DNA of 64,000 nt from the human T2T-CHM13v2.0 reference genome, Homo sapiens, in assembly GCF_009914755.1 (NCBI RefSeq), contig NC_060932.1, one strand, 5' to 3'. This document shows positions 13,560 through 27,009 of this stretch, one piece after another. How positions within the stretch are numbered: the stretch's first letter is position 1; each line of letters begins with the position of its first letter. The notes beneath the pieces were generated by a model. The model searched no databases, was not told the DNA's origin, and saw only the letters and a program-made list of their open reading frames with translations. Both the position numbers and the translations under genes were made by a program.

Positions 13560-13906
13560 GACAGCGACACACACCCACTCTCTCATGTCAATTTGCACAC
13601 AGAGCCATGCTCACTGCACACACACACTCACACACATGGGCTCTTGCACAAGTCACACCTTATTCACACTCATGCACACTCACATGATAGTTGCAAAATC
13701 CTTGTGTTCCAGCAGGGAATATGAGGACACAAGGGTGAGCGTGCGGCTGCCCGTCCCACCGTGCGTGTGCAGGTGTGTCTGTTCCTGCCTCCGCGCCAGG
13801 TCCTGGGGTGAGCACACATGGCTGCCCGTCCCGCCGTGTCTCTCCTCCGCACTGGGTCCCGGGGTGCGTGTGCAGGTGTGTCTGTCCCTCCTCCGCGCCA
13901 CGTCCT
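13560..13906. repeat. Degenerate (CA)n tract followed by a GC-rich mosaic duplication
   Basis: CA-rich 13560-13690. The motifs ggctgcccgtccc and gtgcgtgtgcaggtgtgtctgt...cctccgcgcca each occur twice within 13733-13906. Confidence 0.75.
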
Positions 13907-14204
13907 CACTCTGCTGCTCCCCCATAGGGAAATTGTGATATCTGTGATTTTTCTCATCAGTCACAACTGGAATCTGCACGTCTCTGTCTCACACCCGTTC
14001 ACTCAGCTGTGAGGACATCGACGTGCAGCCTCGACTTCCTGCAGTGCATTCGTCAGGCTCCCGTGGCCGCTGGGCCATTGTCGGGGCCTCGTTACCTGCC
14101 TGGCTGAAGCCTCCGCCTCATCACACCCCTCACTGGAGCAGCCCCGACTCACAGGCTGTTAATTGTCACCATCAAGCACGCCAGAAATTTTAAAATGATT
14201 TCTC

Positions 14205-14616
14205 TAAGCCAGGTACAGAAAGACAAACATTCTCTCTCTCACTTATTTGTCAGATTTAAAAATTGAAACAACTGAACTCATGGACATGGGCATGGAAGGA
14301 CGGTTGCCAGAGGATGGGAAGGGTAGCAGGGTGCGGGAGAGGCAGGGACCGTTAATGGGTGCAAACATAGAGGAATGAATAAGATCTGGTGTTTGATAGC
14401 ACAACAGGGGAACTAAAGTCAATAAGAACTTGACTGTGCATTTTGAAATAACTTAAGGAGTGTAGTTGGGTTGTTTGTAACCCAGTGGATAAGTGCTTGA
14501 GGGGACGGACGCGCCCGTTCTCCGTGATGTGCTTATTTCACACTGCATGCCTACATCCAAACATCTCACGTACCCCATAAATATATACACCTATATGCCC
14601 ACAAAATTTTAAAAAA
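14205..14616 (+). mobile_element. L1MA (L1MA1-3-like) 5'-truncated 3' end
   Basis: taagccaggtacagaaagacaaac...gatagcacaacaggg...catctcacgtaccccataaatatatacacc, with TSD-like flanks aaaatgatttctctaag / aaaatcatttatctaag. Confidence 0.85.
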
Positions 14617-14917
14617 TCATTTATCTAAGGATAAAAGTGAAGGTCCCTTCGTTTCATGCAGCTTCTGTTTTGTCAAAGCTTTTGTTTTTTGAGATGAACC
14701 TTCCTCACTGGTATCGTGGGCACCAGGGAGTTTGTCCAGGACAAGCTCCCACCATTTCTAACTACTCCCAACTTCAAGGGAGGATCTGTAAACACACGTG
14801 TTTTGTGGTATTTGACTGACATTCTGATATTTTTTCAGAGGACTTGGAACTACTGTAAGAAATCAATGCATGACATACAAATTCACACAATTTTGGGGAG
14901 GGAGAGACAACAGATTA

Positions 14918-15077
14918 TGTAGTAGCGGGCGCCTGTGTTCCAGCTACTCAGGAGGCTGGGGCAGGAAAATGGCGTGAACCCGGGAGGCGGAGCTTGCAGT
15001 GAGCCGAGATCGTGCCACTGCACTCCAGCCTGGGAGACACAGGGAGGCTCCATCTCAAAAAAAAAAAAAAAAAAAAA
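14918..15077 (+). mobile_element. AluY right monomer (5'-truncated)
   Basis: aatggcgtgaacccgggaggcggagcttgcagtgagccgagatcg followed by a poly(A) tail. Confidence 0.9.
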
Positions 15078-17103
15078 TCATGATTTTAGATTGTTTTTTC
15101 TTTTTAGAAGATTTTTTTCTACTTGAGATATTTGACTCAAGCATTGTTAAAAATGCAACAAAATCATAAAAGTTTGGTGGTTCAAAAAATAATGTTGACA
15201 CAAAATTCTAGTGGCTCTACACTTGGATAGTTTTAATTTTTTAATTTGGTAACTCTGGTTACAGAAGCCAAGTGACTTTTCAGACACACAGGTTTTCAGC
15301 CCTTGGCAGGAATTAGAAATGAACATTTCTAGTATTTTCCACCGTGCAGACCTTCAGGGCATATGTGCCTGTGTCTATATATGTATGTATACACATATGA
15401 GCAGACGTGTTTGTGTGTCTGTGTATGAATATGTATCATGTGTGTACATGTGTGTGTTATTCACAGATTGCCTTTGCTAAGTATCAGATAATGTAGTGAT
15501 TCCAAAGGAGTTTCAAGCTCATCTTTATTCTTTCCTATTTTGCTGAGTGAAAAGTACAGCTGTACTCCTTTACTCACTGTGTGAGACAGACGTCATACGG
15601 ATGACTATAAACGTGCCATGCATGATGTAATATATAGAAAGAAAACCAGATGAAAATAAAAGTGAATAAAATTGGCATAAATGACCCCAAATCACACCTG
15701 AAACACACTCTGTGGCCCCACTGAGGTCTTCAGGCGCTCTGCGTTCGGGAGGCCTGGAAAGTCCCAGCTGTGAACCTCCCGGCAGTCCTGTGACTCAGTT
15801 CACCACATTGCTCAGACATCCACGCCTCCTGTTAATTTACCTTAAGCCTTGACTTATTTTTAACCTTTTAAAGTTAAGACCCGTGATCAGTGAGTGCCAC
15901 TCTGTGGGGAGTCACGTTTGGGATGGTAATTTCCAAAGGCAGCTGAGAGAAGAGGAAGGAATGGGTGTTCCTCCAAATGCTAGTGTCAGATGCCTCGGTG
16001 AAGGCGAAAGGATTGATCCTGAGAGGAGAAGAATAAGCTCATCTGCAGAAGAAACGATATTTGACCACAATACAGGCCTTCAGGAGCAGTGCTGAGTCCA
16101 GGGAGCATTTATTAAATGCCATTTATGTGACAAGCGCAAAGCTAAGGACTGTCCAGTCTGTGGAGAGTAAATCTCCTTTCCACCTTGCAGGCTGACAAAG
16201 TCAAATCATTAGTGACCGCTCATGTGAGGAAGGTGGAGCTGCCTCTCCAGATGCACATAAATCCCGTGGCTTTTCCCAGGTAGCCTGGGAGGTGGGTCCC
16301 GGTGGGTAAACAGCGATAGATGCGGGTGATTCCCAGGGGTCCTGTGAGAGGCTGTGGCCCGAGGCCTGGAAGGAGGCAGGAGAGGGTGCTGGTTCACTCG
16401 CAGCTCCAGGGTGGGCTGGAGGTGTCCAGGTGGGACTGTGCCTGGGAATGTAGGTGCTACCCATGGGGAGCTGCTGTTCTAGAGATGGCCATGGGGGCCT
16501 CTGGGAACCCAGGAGACCCAGTGACCCACAGTTCTTACCACCTGGCTTCACAGATGGGATCTGGGACTTGGGAGTTAAACTGCTTGGTGAGGCTCCATGA
16601 CTGCCAGGTGGGAGGGCTGGATTCGAAGCCCAGAGGGAGGTCGCCTCCACCTTCCGCCATCGTAGCCCTGACTCGCTGCCTCTCCACCCTGGAGACAGGG
16701 AGAGGGAAGAATTTCGGAGACCAGGGTGGGTGGGTGTGGCCCTTCACACTGGTATTAAGGCCTCCCTCCTCTCCTGTGACATGTAACCCCCAGGGCCTGC
16801 AGGTGCCCAGACAGCCTGAGCTCATGGCGCCCTACGGGGAAGGCTTTGCTTAGATGTGGAAATCAGGTAGAGGACACTGGGATTCCCTCAGTCAATGTCC
16901 GAAATCAACCTTTAACCTCCAGAAGTGCTTTAAGGCCCGCTTGAAAAGGGAAGGAAAAGGTAAACGTTCATGGTGGGGATGGGGAGCCCTGTTGGCCACA
17001 GCCTGGCCACTGTCACCACCTCAGATGGTCACTGTGGCTCTGGGACCCAGGCTCCTTGAAGGACAGACACATTGGCTGGAGCTTTGGAGATGGACAACTT
17101 TGA

Positions 17104-17471
<368 letters not shown>

Positions 17472-18689
17472 ACATGCTCAGCTCTTACTCCTCTTTCTCT
17501 CTGGAGTTTTGTTCTCCTCAGTTGTTGACTCAGCGAAGATGAATCCCACCTTTTAGAGAATAAAAGTCAATGGGGTTTGTTCCACCAGCTGACTGAAACA
17601 GAGAAGGTGTGAACGAGGAACATGCCATGCAGAATAGTGAGGCCCACAGAGGACGGAGGGGCTGCAGACGCCCAGGGATACTGAGTCTGCAGAAAGTGAA
17701 TCCAGCCTGCAGAGCTGAGGCTGCTCTGATGCAGCAAAACTTGAAACACCACTGTTGAGTTTTCTTCCTGGGGAGGATGGACCCAAGAGGCCCTTCCCCA
17801 CTTGGACCACAGCCAGCAGTTTGCACCCTAGACAATGGCCCTCGCTGAAGGGACATCTGTGTCTATGCAACCCACGTACAGTTAGACACACCACACGTGT
17901 GACCCAATGCGAGGAGGAGAGAGGCACAGAGCCCACAGGAGGGAGAGCTCAGTGGGAATCGATGGAGAGGAGGACTCAGCTGTCCGTGACCCAGAACCGG
18001 CTGACCATGTGCTGGCCACTCTCTGCCAGTCCTGGTGGACACATGCAGGTGGTGTCCACCCCATGCCTGCCCAGTGGGGTCTTACTACCAAGTGTGCCCC
18101 AGGCTTACCTGCCCACTCTCAGGTGCTGCAGCAGTGACCTGTCCACCCACTGTGAGCTGCTGGAGCCCCGGTGTGGGTCCCTCAGCCTCTGGACTGAAGC
18201 TTCCTCAAGTCATGTCAGCAGCAGGCTGGGTGCACTGTCATCAGGATGAAGAACATTGCCCTGCGTGCACCTGGGCAGAGTAGAGGTGTTGGTTTCTGCC
18301 GGTCACACTCCTGTGGAGGGCCCGGCCACCCTGCAGACCCGCCTGTGTATGTGTGGAGCATCGTGAGGGTCACTGGGGCGGGGCCCACTCCTAGACACAG
18401 CCACTGAGTCTCCACTGCTCAGTGAGGACAACACGGATGAAGGACTCAAATAGTGGCCTCTGGGGTTTGGCCTCCCGGCCCAGCCAGGCATGTGGAGGAA
18501 AGTGAGGGCTTCAGCCGGCTGTCAGGGCCCTGGGTGGTGACACAGGAACCCTGGACCCTGCCAGTGGGCCCAGAGCAGCAATGCTGGAGCACTATGATCA
18601 GGACACCTCTGCACCAGCAGCTGGGCTGCCGGCCACACTTGGGCCGAGCCGGCGTTCACTCCCCCAGGCTTGTTCACTCCAGACAGATT

Positions 18690-19100
18690 TCTTCCTAACT
18701 TGGGCCTCCACCTCCCCTGTCCAGAGCACTGATTTTGGAAAACGTAAAATTGTAAACTCTCTCTGCCCCTTCAAGGTGTAAATCTTCTTCCAGCTACTTG
18801 CCAGTTCCACAGCTCAGGAAATGTCCTTCTCCAGGCCTGGGAGCTGCCTTGGAAAATGAGGCATCGAGAAAGAAAGGGCCCAGCCCCTCAGGCACTGTGG
18901 GAGGGCAGGAGCCTGACTCCATTGAGGAGGATTAGGGGGCCAGCCCCCTGCTGAGGCCTCCAGGGCTCTCCCACCTGCTCAGCAGCCCCTCAGGCCTCTC
19001 AGCCTTCCTGCCGTGTGCTGCAGAGGACCTGGGTGCTCTCCCCTACTGCAAAGATCTTGAATAAAGCCTTTCTTGCTGGTTTAAAACCATCTGATGAGAA
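18690..19100 (+). mobile_element. ERV1 solo LTR remnant (MER31/MER67-like)
   Basis: aaactctctctgcccc...gtgggagggcaggagcctgactcc...ctcccctactgcaaagatcttgaataaagcctttcttgc, with an LTR poly(A) signal. Confidence 0.6.
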
Positions 19101-19765
19101 CAATTACTTGTTCTCATAAGAGACCCTGCATCAGAGTGGTCGTACCCACCCTATGGGTGGAGATGGGGTCTTGAAGCCCACCTGCATTTGTCACCAGGGT
19201 GTGCACAGAGAGAGTTTCAGTGCCACCCTAGAAGCATCCACTCAACACTCAGGAATAAAGCAACACCTACAAAATTTAAAAATAATGGTAAATGGAATGG
19301 CACCTAAAAGAAGAGTATGACTAATATAAACGAGAATAACAGATGTGCACACTTGCACTTGTCCACGCCCCAGATAGAGATGCCCATAAATCACATCCGA
19401 ACATTTTCTAGGGCCAGAGAGGTGAGAGTGAGGGACATGGAAAATGGGGATGAAGGGAATGGGTAAAGAAATCCACCTGGGACAGCAGGTCACCTTGGTG
19501 GGGGCAGCATCATGCTGGGTAGGGCAGCCAGGGCAGTGACCCCTCCAGGCATCTAGGCAGAAAGTCACACAAGGGGCTGAGAACCCACAATATGAGAGGG
19601 TGGATTCTAGGATGAGCTCCAGAAGTGATTTACGGATTAAGAGAATGGCCACATCAGGATCCCCACCCCTGAGGTCCCACAGCCCCCACCATGTTGCATT
19701 CCAGGGTCTTTCCAGCCCCTGTTACCACCCCTGCTGCTGCAGAAACTCGGGTCCCATTTAAACCC

Positions 19766-20124
19766 TGATATGGTTTGGCTGTGTCCCCACCCAAATCTCA
19801 TCTTGAATTGTAGCTCCCACAATTCCCATGCGTCGTGGGAGGGAGCCGGTGGGAGGTGATTGAATCATGGGGGTAGGTCTTTCCTGTGCTGTTCTTGTGA
19901 TGGTGAATAAGTCTCATGAGATCTGATGGTTTTAAAAAGGGGAGTTTCCCTGCACAAGCTCTCTTCTCTTGCCTGCCACCATGTGAGATGTGCCTTTCAC
20001 CTTCTGCCATGATTGTGAGGCCTCCCCAGCCACGTGAAACTGTTAAGTCCAATAAGCCTCTTTCTTTTGCCAATTGCCCAGTCTCGGGTGTGTCTTTATC
20101 AGCAGCATGAAAATGACTAATACA
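19766..20124 (+). mobile_element. THE1 (THE1B-like) solo LTR
   Basis: tgatatggtttggctgtgtccccacccaaatctcatcttgaattgtagctccc...gactaataca, with 5-bp TSD aaccc/aactc. Confidence 0.93.
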
Positions 20125-21233
20125 AACTCCCTCTGGTGAGGGCCAGTTGTGGCTGCTCAGCCACCGGGGAAACCTGGGTTCACTGTCACAGACTCACTGG
20201 GGTTTCCAATTCCAATTCTGGCCTGGAAGATGACTGATGGGCTTTTGATCATAGAGCTGGACATACACACATTTGTGACTCTAAGAAATAAGGCAAGAAG
20301 CTATCACTGTGTGCCCTATTAAAAGTAAAAGCTAATTTTTTGTGAGAGAACTGAAATCTCAGGTGTGGTATTTGGAACACGGAGCCACTTGACAGGAAGG
20401 CCCCAAAATGGAAGTTCAAACATCCTGGCAGAGCAACAGAAACATAAAATGAGAAAAAGAACAGAAAACTAAATGAGGAGCCATGGAGAAAGAACACTAG
20501 GATGGAGCAGGTGCGGCTGTTACCCATGAACTAAGTGCAGCTCCGCGTCAGAGAAGAGAACACAGTGAATACAGCAGTCCTTGAACTGACATGCTTCACA
20601 TTTAGAAACATACCCTCCATCATCACAATTTCATTTGCCAAATTAGACACACTTTACTGACACTTGTGGAGGTTTTATTGCTTTGCTTTGGATGAAGGCA
20701 ATCTATTATAGCTTCTCCCATGGAGCTTCTCTGGACACTGTTTAATCAGACTTCCTTAAAGCTCCCCTAAAAGAGGTCTCCTCCCTCCCCAATACCAATA
20801 TCTGAGAAACCCCAGCTGCTCACACAAATTCAAGTTATTCATCACCTTTCCCAAATTTACGGCTCTGGCTCCTTTTATACTCTGACATGGGGCATTTTTG
20901 TCGGCAATGCCCTCACAACCCCAGTGCCTCCTCTAATCAAATTCCACCGATTCCTTGGCTTTCCTTTCCCATAAATGTCATCGAAACACTCAGCTTACCT
21001 CCTGATGGAGTGATTTTATGCAAATTTCCTTACTCATAATTAATTTTAAAGACCAACATTCATCAAGGAAGGAAAACTGTTTCCAAAAGGCACACACATC
21101 TTATATGAAACATTGCTTAATACAAGAAGATCTGATTTTGTGGGAAGCATTGCTTTGAAGTAGTTTCTATGTCCAGCGATTTGATGCCATTCTATGAGAC
21201 TTTAAGACAATGAGAGCCTCTGTTAGCAGAGCT

Positions 21234-21375
21234 AGGGCGGGCCCGCGGGGAACTGGAGCGGGCACGTGGGGAAGTGGGGCGGGGACGGGAGGAACTGGGG
21301 CCGGCACGCAGGGAACTGGGGCGGGCATGCGGGAAGCTGAGGCAGGCACGTGGGGAACTGGGGCGGGCACGCAGG
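21234..21375 (+). repeat. G-rich 21-bp minisatellite (~6.5 copies)
   Basis: The unit ggggcgggcacgcggggaact is repeated and contains GGGGCGGG boxes. Confidence 0.92.
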
Positions 21376-22049
21376 CTCAGAGATGCACACGTTTGTTCTC
21401 AGCCTGCACATCCCAGAATGCATTTTTGCCTCACGCTGTAACAATTAGAGAGATCCTTCACAAGGCAAGGGCTGATGAACGTGCAGTTCTGGGGAATGCG
21501 AAACAAACAGCTGAAAAGGAGAAGGCAGCCAGGCCGAATGAATGTGCTCATCAGACAAACTCACCAAGGTCTCCCTCATTTGGCCACCTTGTTCCTCCTG
21601 GAGGCAGGGGCCCCCCAGAGCTGCTGGGTGTGGGGCAGGGGCCTCCATAGACATCTGGCTGGGGCTTCACTTTGAGCCTCCTCCACCATCAGGGCAGGGG
21701 AGTGAGGATGCAAGGAGCCTGGACCTCCCCTCAGGAAGGTCCTGTGGAGGGGTGTGGGGTCGCCTGTGGGCCCCCCAGCCCAGACATGGAAAGCTGAGCT
21801 CATCCTTCGCAGGAGCTGAGCTTCCTTCGGGGATCTTCTTTCCTGACACACACTCCGTGTCAGGGGGTCACTAACCCAGGACTGGCTTAGCGTCAGAAAT
21901 AGCTGCAACCTTTTTTGTGGCCCGTGAATATGCAAAATCAGGTAGATGGTCATCTGAACTCTCCACACCCAGCGTCACCTCCACACAGGCCCCACAGGCG
22001 CCCTGGATCCAGCGCACCATTGCCCAGCCTTGTGGACCAGGCCCCAGGC

Positions 22050-22205
22050 TGTTATAGTGTCGGAGGCAAAACTACAACAAATCTAGTTTAAAGATTGAAT
22101 TGGCTTCTATTTGTGATTCTAGACTTGGAAACACTTGGCCCTGGGAGCAGGATGGGCGCGGTGAACTGAGCGGGGAGTGTCCCGTGAACTGAGCTGGGGT
22201 GTCTC
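22050..22205. mobile_element. Truncated ERV1 LTR fragment (MER65-like) ending in a ~23-bp tandem duplication
   Basis: actacaacaaatctagtttaaagattgaattggcttctatttgtgattc, then gtgaactgagc(g/t)ggg twice at 22161 and 22184. Confidence 0.5.
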
Positions 22206-22286
22206 AAACATCTGGGCTCAAGCAGTCCTCCTGCCTCAGCCTCCTAAGTAGCTGGGATTAGAGGCACAAGCCACCACACCTGACTC
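22200..22286 (-). mobile_element. Truncated Alu monomer (FLAM/AluJ-like)
   Basis: gtctcaaacatctgggctcaagcagtcctcctgcctcagcctcc...ccaccacacctgac, with no A-tail. Confidence 0.8.
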
Positions 22287-22529
22287 TGAAAAGTATAATT
22301 TAATAGTCCCAACACAGATGAGAAATATTAGACCCTTTCCTCAGCCTGTCACTTCAATTAACTTCCAAATCTTTATTAATATATTAACTATTTATATTAA
22401 CTATTATTAATATTAACCTAATATTGCACCACTTCACATTATATTTTCATTTATTTTTAAGGGAACCTTTTTCTATTTTCATTTACTTTTATTGTGTAGA
22501 CCCAACCCAACATTAAAATCATCTCAGTT

Positions 22530-23923
22530 ATCACCAATTTTGTATAGACACTGAAGGAAGAAATTTACATTCATTATATCATTTAACACTTAAAATCAAC
22601 AAAGAAATAAATGCATATGTATTTTGTTCTTAGCAGAACAGTGGAAACACTGCACAAAATGAACTCAGCTGTTTTTATTTTGCTTCTTGATTCACACCCA
22701 TTCTACCAGCACTCTCTATCTTCAGCTTACCAATGAGTAAGGAAGGACTGAGAGGAAAAGAATCTGTGCATTGCCGTATCTTTCCCTTTCCTCTGTCATA
22801 ATTTTCGGCATAAGTTATTGGCTAATATAGGGAAGTAACATATTAAGTGTATTGGTTTGCTAAGGCTGCCAAAACAGAGTACCACAGACTGGGTGGCTTA
22901 CGCAACAGAAATCTATCTTTCTCATACTTCTGGAGGCTGGAAGTTCAAGATGAAGGTAGGTGTCGACAAGAGTTCATTTCTTTTGAGGCCTCTCTCCTTG
23001 CCTTGCAAATATCTCCCTTCTCCCTGAGCATTCAATGGTTTTCCCTTTGTGGGTATCTGTGTCCAAATTTTCTCTTCTTACAAGGATAACAACCGTTGGA
23101 TTAAGGCCCAACTCAATAACCTCATTTAACTTAATTACCTCTTTAAAGACACTCTGTACCAATACTGTCATATTCTGAAGTACTGGGGGATTAGGACTTC
23201 AATATGTGAGTTTGCAAGGAAGACACAGTTCAGTCTATAATATTGAGAAAGGATATGATCGTCTTCCAGGGTTGTTCATGTTTCTTAGAGTGGCATTGCC
23301 TCTTCCTGCATTCAAGGCAAGTTCTGGTCTTCTGGGCTGTCATCTTCTCCAGTTGCTCAGCTGAAAACACAACACACTCATTTGTACACTCTTTGAGGCC
23401 CACCGAACTCTCACACAATGTGGGTCTCCTGGAGCTCTGTGTTCGTGGGGATTCAAAGGCTGTGTGAGAATGGTGTGGTAGCCAGCAACAGGCACCCCGC
23501 ATGCATCTCCTGTGCTCATGCACATGCTCCATTGTCCATCAGACTTCACATACAGAACACAAGACTAAAGACCAAATTATTAAGAATTTGGAGATGGTGA
23601 CAGTAGAACATTAAGCCAAGTGAGAGTCCTTCTAGGAGCAAGGCCCCAAGAGTAAGGTGAGCATGTCATAGAATCCACTTAGTGGGAATCACAAATGCTA
23701 TATGTGAATGAGGCAGCAAGAGGCCATGGACACGCATATTGCCTGGATCTCCTCTATTCATATATGTGCCCCATTGTCCTATCAGACTTAACTTATAAAA
23801 CAGAAGTTCAAATGCAAAATTATTAAGAATTTCAAGATGGCAACAGCAAGGCACCAAACCAAGCGCTTCTAAGCATGAGGCTCCATGGAACTGCACAGTT
23901 GTATGCCCATGAAGCTGGTCTTG
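22530..23923 (-). mobile_element. MER45B-type hAT-Tip100 element, copy 1 (interrupted by MLT1A; terminal segment present twice)
   Basis: Internal sequence shared with 30150-30933 and 41880-43135 (aaacactgcacaaaatgaactc; gagtaaggaaggactgagaggaaaag). The terminal motif aaattattaagaattt occurs at both ~23575 and ~23817. Confidence 0.8.
22848..23242 (-). mobile_element. MLT1A-type MaLR solo LTR
   Basis: tgtattggtttgctaaggctgcc...taccacagactgggtggctta...cacagttcagtctataata, with 5-bp TSD ttaag/ttgag. Confidence 0.88.
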
Positions 23924-24859
23924 AAAATAGATGTGGCCACCCACAGAAAGTGTTGGCCTTGTGGCCAGGTAAGCCTTCTCTGCTTAGCCAGCCTCACCTC
24001 TGAATTTGCCCATAGATGTGACGTGGTTGGAAATCATTTATCATCTTTCTTAGGATTGCCATGTGTTTTTAGCAAAAATATCAGATCCACCTGATAAAAA
24101 TGTATAGACCAAAAATACACAATCTACAATGTATGTTAATAGTAACCCCTATTATAGCTTCTACATTAAGTACTGCAGATTACATATTATAAGTACATCT
24201 TATAGACATAAATATTTGATAAAATAACACACTATATTGCATGGCACTGAAAGTAAATCATGCTATGACATAATGAAATGGTCATGATTTTTTCAATGAC
24301 CATCTTTGTATCTCATATTTATTTCAACAGCAGAAAGCTCATATAGAAAATCAGCTTCCAAGCTGGAGACATGGGCCCCCTAGCCTTTTTTTTTTGTTTG
24401 GCTCTGCTGTTCTGTTTCATCAATTTCAAAGTATGTGTCAGCCACTAATGGCTTGTCAATCCAGTTCCATCTGTGTTGTGGTTCCTGAAATTCTTCCCAA
24501 GGTCTGGCAATGCATTATTTGATATTTCTAGTTTTCAATGTTGTTGGATCTCTGCAGCAATTTTTATGCTTCCAAGAGTTTTCAATGGGAGGGTCAGGAA
24601 GGGTAAATCAGCCAGCTGCCATCAGAGCCAATAAATCCACCTGCTTTATTGTCATTTAACAGCAACGAAAGAGCCATGGATTTTCTGGGGTGAAATAAAG
24701 CAAGTGCTGTGTACCACCTTACACTATTGGAGCACACATGTGCATGCACCCACACACATTAGATGTTATTCATGTGGGAGACACTCACTAAAGGATATAA
24801 CCAGGATTATCATCAATTCACGGACCCCATCTCCAATATATTGGACTCTTCTCTTTCTC

Positions 24860-25475
24860 ATGTGACAAGATACACAATAAACATATAAATATATAACATG
24901 TCAGGAGACAGAAGTGTTATAAAAAGCTAAACAGAGTTGGGAATAAGAGAATTCAGTGGGAGGGGCGTGGGAGTTGGTGTGCTATTTTAAGTAGGGTCAC
25001 CATGGACATCCTTTCTGATGGGGTGACATTTGAGAGGAGACTGGAACTGAGAAAGCACCCAGATACCTGAAAGAAGTGGGTTCAGAGAGAAAAAGAGCAA
25101 AGGCAGGAGCTTCATGTGTTTGAGGAAGAGGACAAAGCCAGTCTCCCTAGAAGACAGCAGGAGGAGATGATATTTGAAATTTGTTTTAATTTTAAGATAA
25201 GTATCTGTTGGCACGTTTGTAGTGAGGGGTGGTGTGATCTGTCCACCCCAGCTGCTGTGTGCTGGCAAGATCCAGAAGACCAAGTGCTGAGGCAGGTAAA
25301 CCACTTACGAGAAGGTATTGCAACGATCCAGGAGAAAGATGGTGGTGGCAGCCCCCAAAATGAAAGTGGTAGAGATGGAGAGGTGTGGTCAGATTTGGGA
25401 TATAATAAAAGAGCACTGTCAAGGATGACTCCAAGTTTTTAGCCCACGCAGCTGGAAGAATAAAATTGCCAGCTG
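24860..25475 (-). mobile_element. L2 fragment
   Basis: ctttctgatggggtgacatttgag...atgtgtttgaggaa...caaggatgactccaagtttttagcc, typical antisense L2a. Confidence 0.7.
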
Positions 25476-25630
25476 TAATTCTACACTTTTCTTCCTTTAT
25501 TAAGAAAGTACATTGTAATGCAAGTAAGCATTTGCTGTAGGGACAAAGGGCAACCTGCAATTTGTTCTAATTTATAAAATAAAGTAACATTTTAAAACAT
25601 TGGTTTTCTTGACCATTGAATAGAAAAATA

Positions 25631-25940
25631 GGCCAGGTGTGGTGGCTTATGCCTGTAATCCCAGCACTTGGGAGGCTGAGGTGGGAGGATCGCTTGATCC
25701 CAGTTCAAAACCAGCTGGGCAAAAAAGTGAGACCCTGTCTCTACAAAAAAAAAAAAAAAATTTAAATTAGCCAGGTATCATGGCGTGTGCCTGTAGTCCC
25801 AGCTACTCAGGAGGCTGAGGCAGGAGGAGCCCTTGAACTCAGGAGTTCAAGGCTGCAGTGAGCTATGATCACACCATTGCCCTCCAGCCTGGATGACAGA
25901 GTGAGACCTTGTCTCAAAATAGTAATCCTTATAATAATAA
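25631..25940 (+). mobile_element. AluJ
   Basis: ggaggatcgcttga...aggctgcagtgagctatgatcacacc AluJ diagnostics. Confidence 0.9.
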
Positions 25941-26040
25941 AATACATGTAACATACTTCAGAATAGTTGTGACTCCAGTACATAACACCACATTTAGAGT
26001 TTCTGCAAGTTCTTTATTTGGAGTCTTCAATAATAAATCA

Positions 26041-26170
26041 GAGCCAGGTGTACTTGTGCAACCTGCAGTCCCAACTACTTGGGAGGCTGAGACAGGAGAA
26101 TCACTTGAATTCCAGAGTTGAAGGCCAGGCTGGGCAAGATAGTGATACCCATCTCTAAAAGAAAAAAATT
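26041..26170 (+). mobile_element. Free Alu monomer (FLAM-like)
   Basis: A single monomer followed by an A-rich tail. Confidence 0.7.
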
Positions 26171-27009
26171 AAATATTTAAACAAAATTTTAAAAGTAATA
26201 AATGAGATTCCCGTGTTCCTCAAATGAAAGCTTACCTTAGGCTATTGCTTTAACTGGAAACTACTTTGGAGAACACTGACTATAACCCCCATTTTGTAAA
26301 GATGTATATTCAGACATGAGCTATGAATGGGGTGACCATATAATTCATCATCCACACTAAGGTATTTTTGGGTGTGAAAGGGGTGTTATAATTATTGTTG
26401 TTGTAATAATGGGCATATACAGGACTGTCCTAGGCTTTCTAGTTGTGGAGCGACTTGGCAACAGACAGAGCCACCAGCTCTGTGTAAGTCAGCATGATCT
26501 GCTGCAGAAGCCTGAGGGATGTGACAAAAGCAGACCTGATTCGAGCTGGGTTTATAGCACAAGATGGTCTAATTTAATGGCAGGACATGATGGTAACAGT
26601 TTCTAGGCAGAGGCAATGAAGATGGTATGGTCCTAGGAGAACCATACAGTCTGTGTTGGCATAGTACAGGGTAGAGTATGAAGAATGGAAACTGAGATTA
26701 TCAGAGTCTGGTCAAGAAAGCCAACATTTGGGATAAGGCTGTCATCCAAGTAACAGTTACTAGAGTGGAAGTCTAGTCCCAGCCACCATCCCTCAGTCCC
26801 ATGAAGAGCCCTCATATGACGTAAGACAGCTAGCCTATCCCAAACCTTACCATGTTGTTGGGGGTGGTAAGATTCTTAGTATTCTCCTTGCCTTGCCTAA
26901 ATGAGCTTTGAGAAGGCTGCAGCCTCAATAAGGAATAATGTCTGAAGGGGTTGTGCAATCTACATCATTTTATACAAGTAGAGGCAAGACCCGGGATAAG
27001 TTCGATAAA

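Noticed and set aside
21210-21650. Gly/Ala/Thr-repeat 146-aa protein
   Set aside because: The open frame is explained by the 21-bp minisatellite; there is no other coding evidence.
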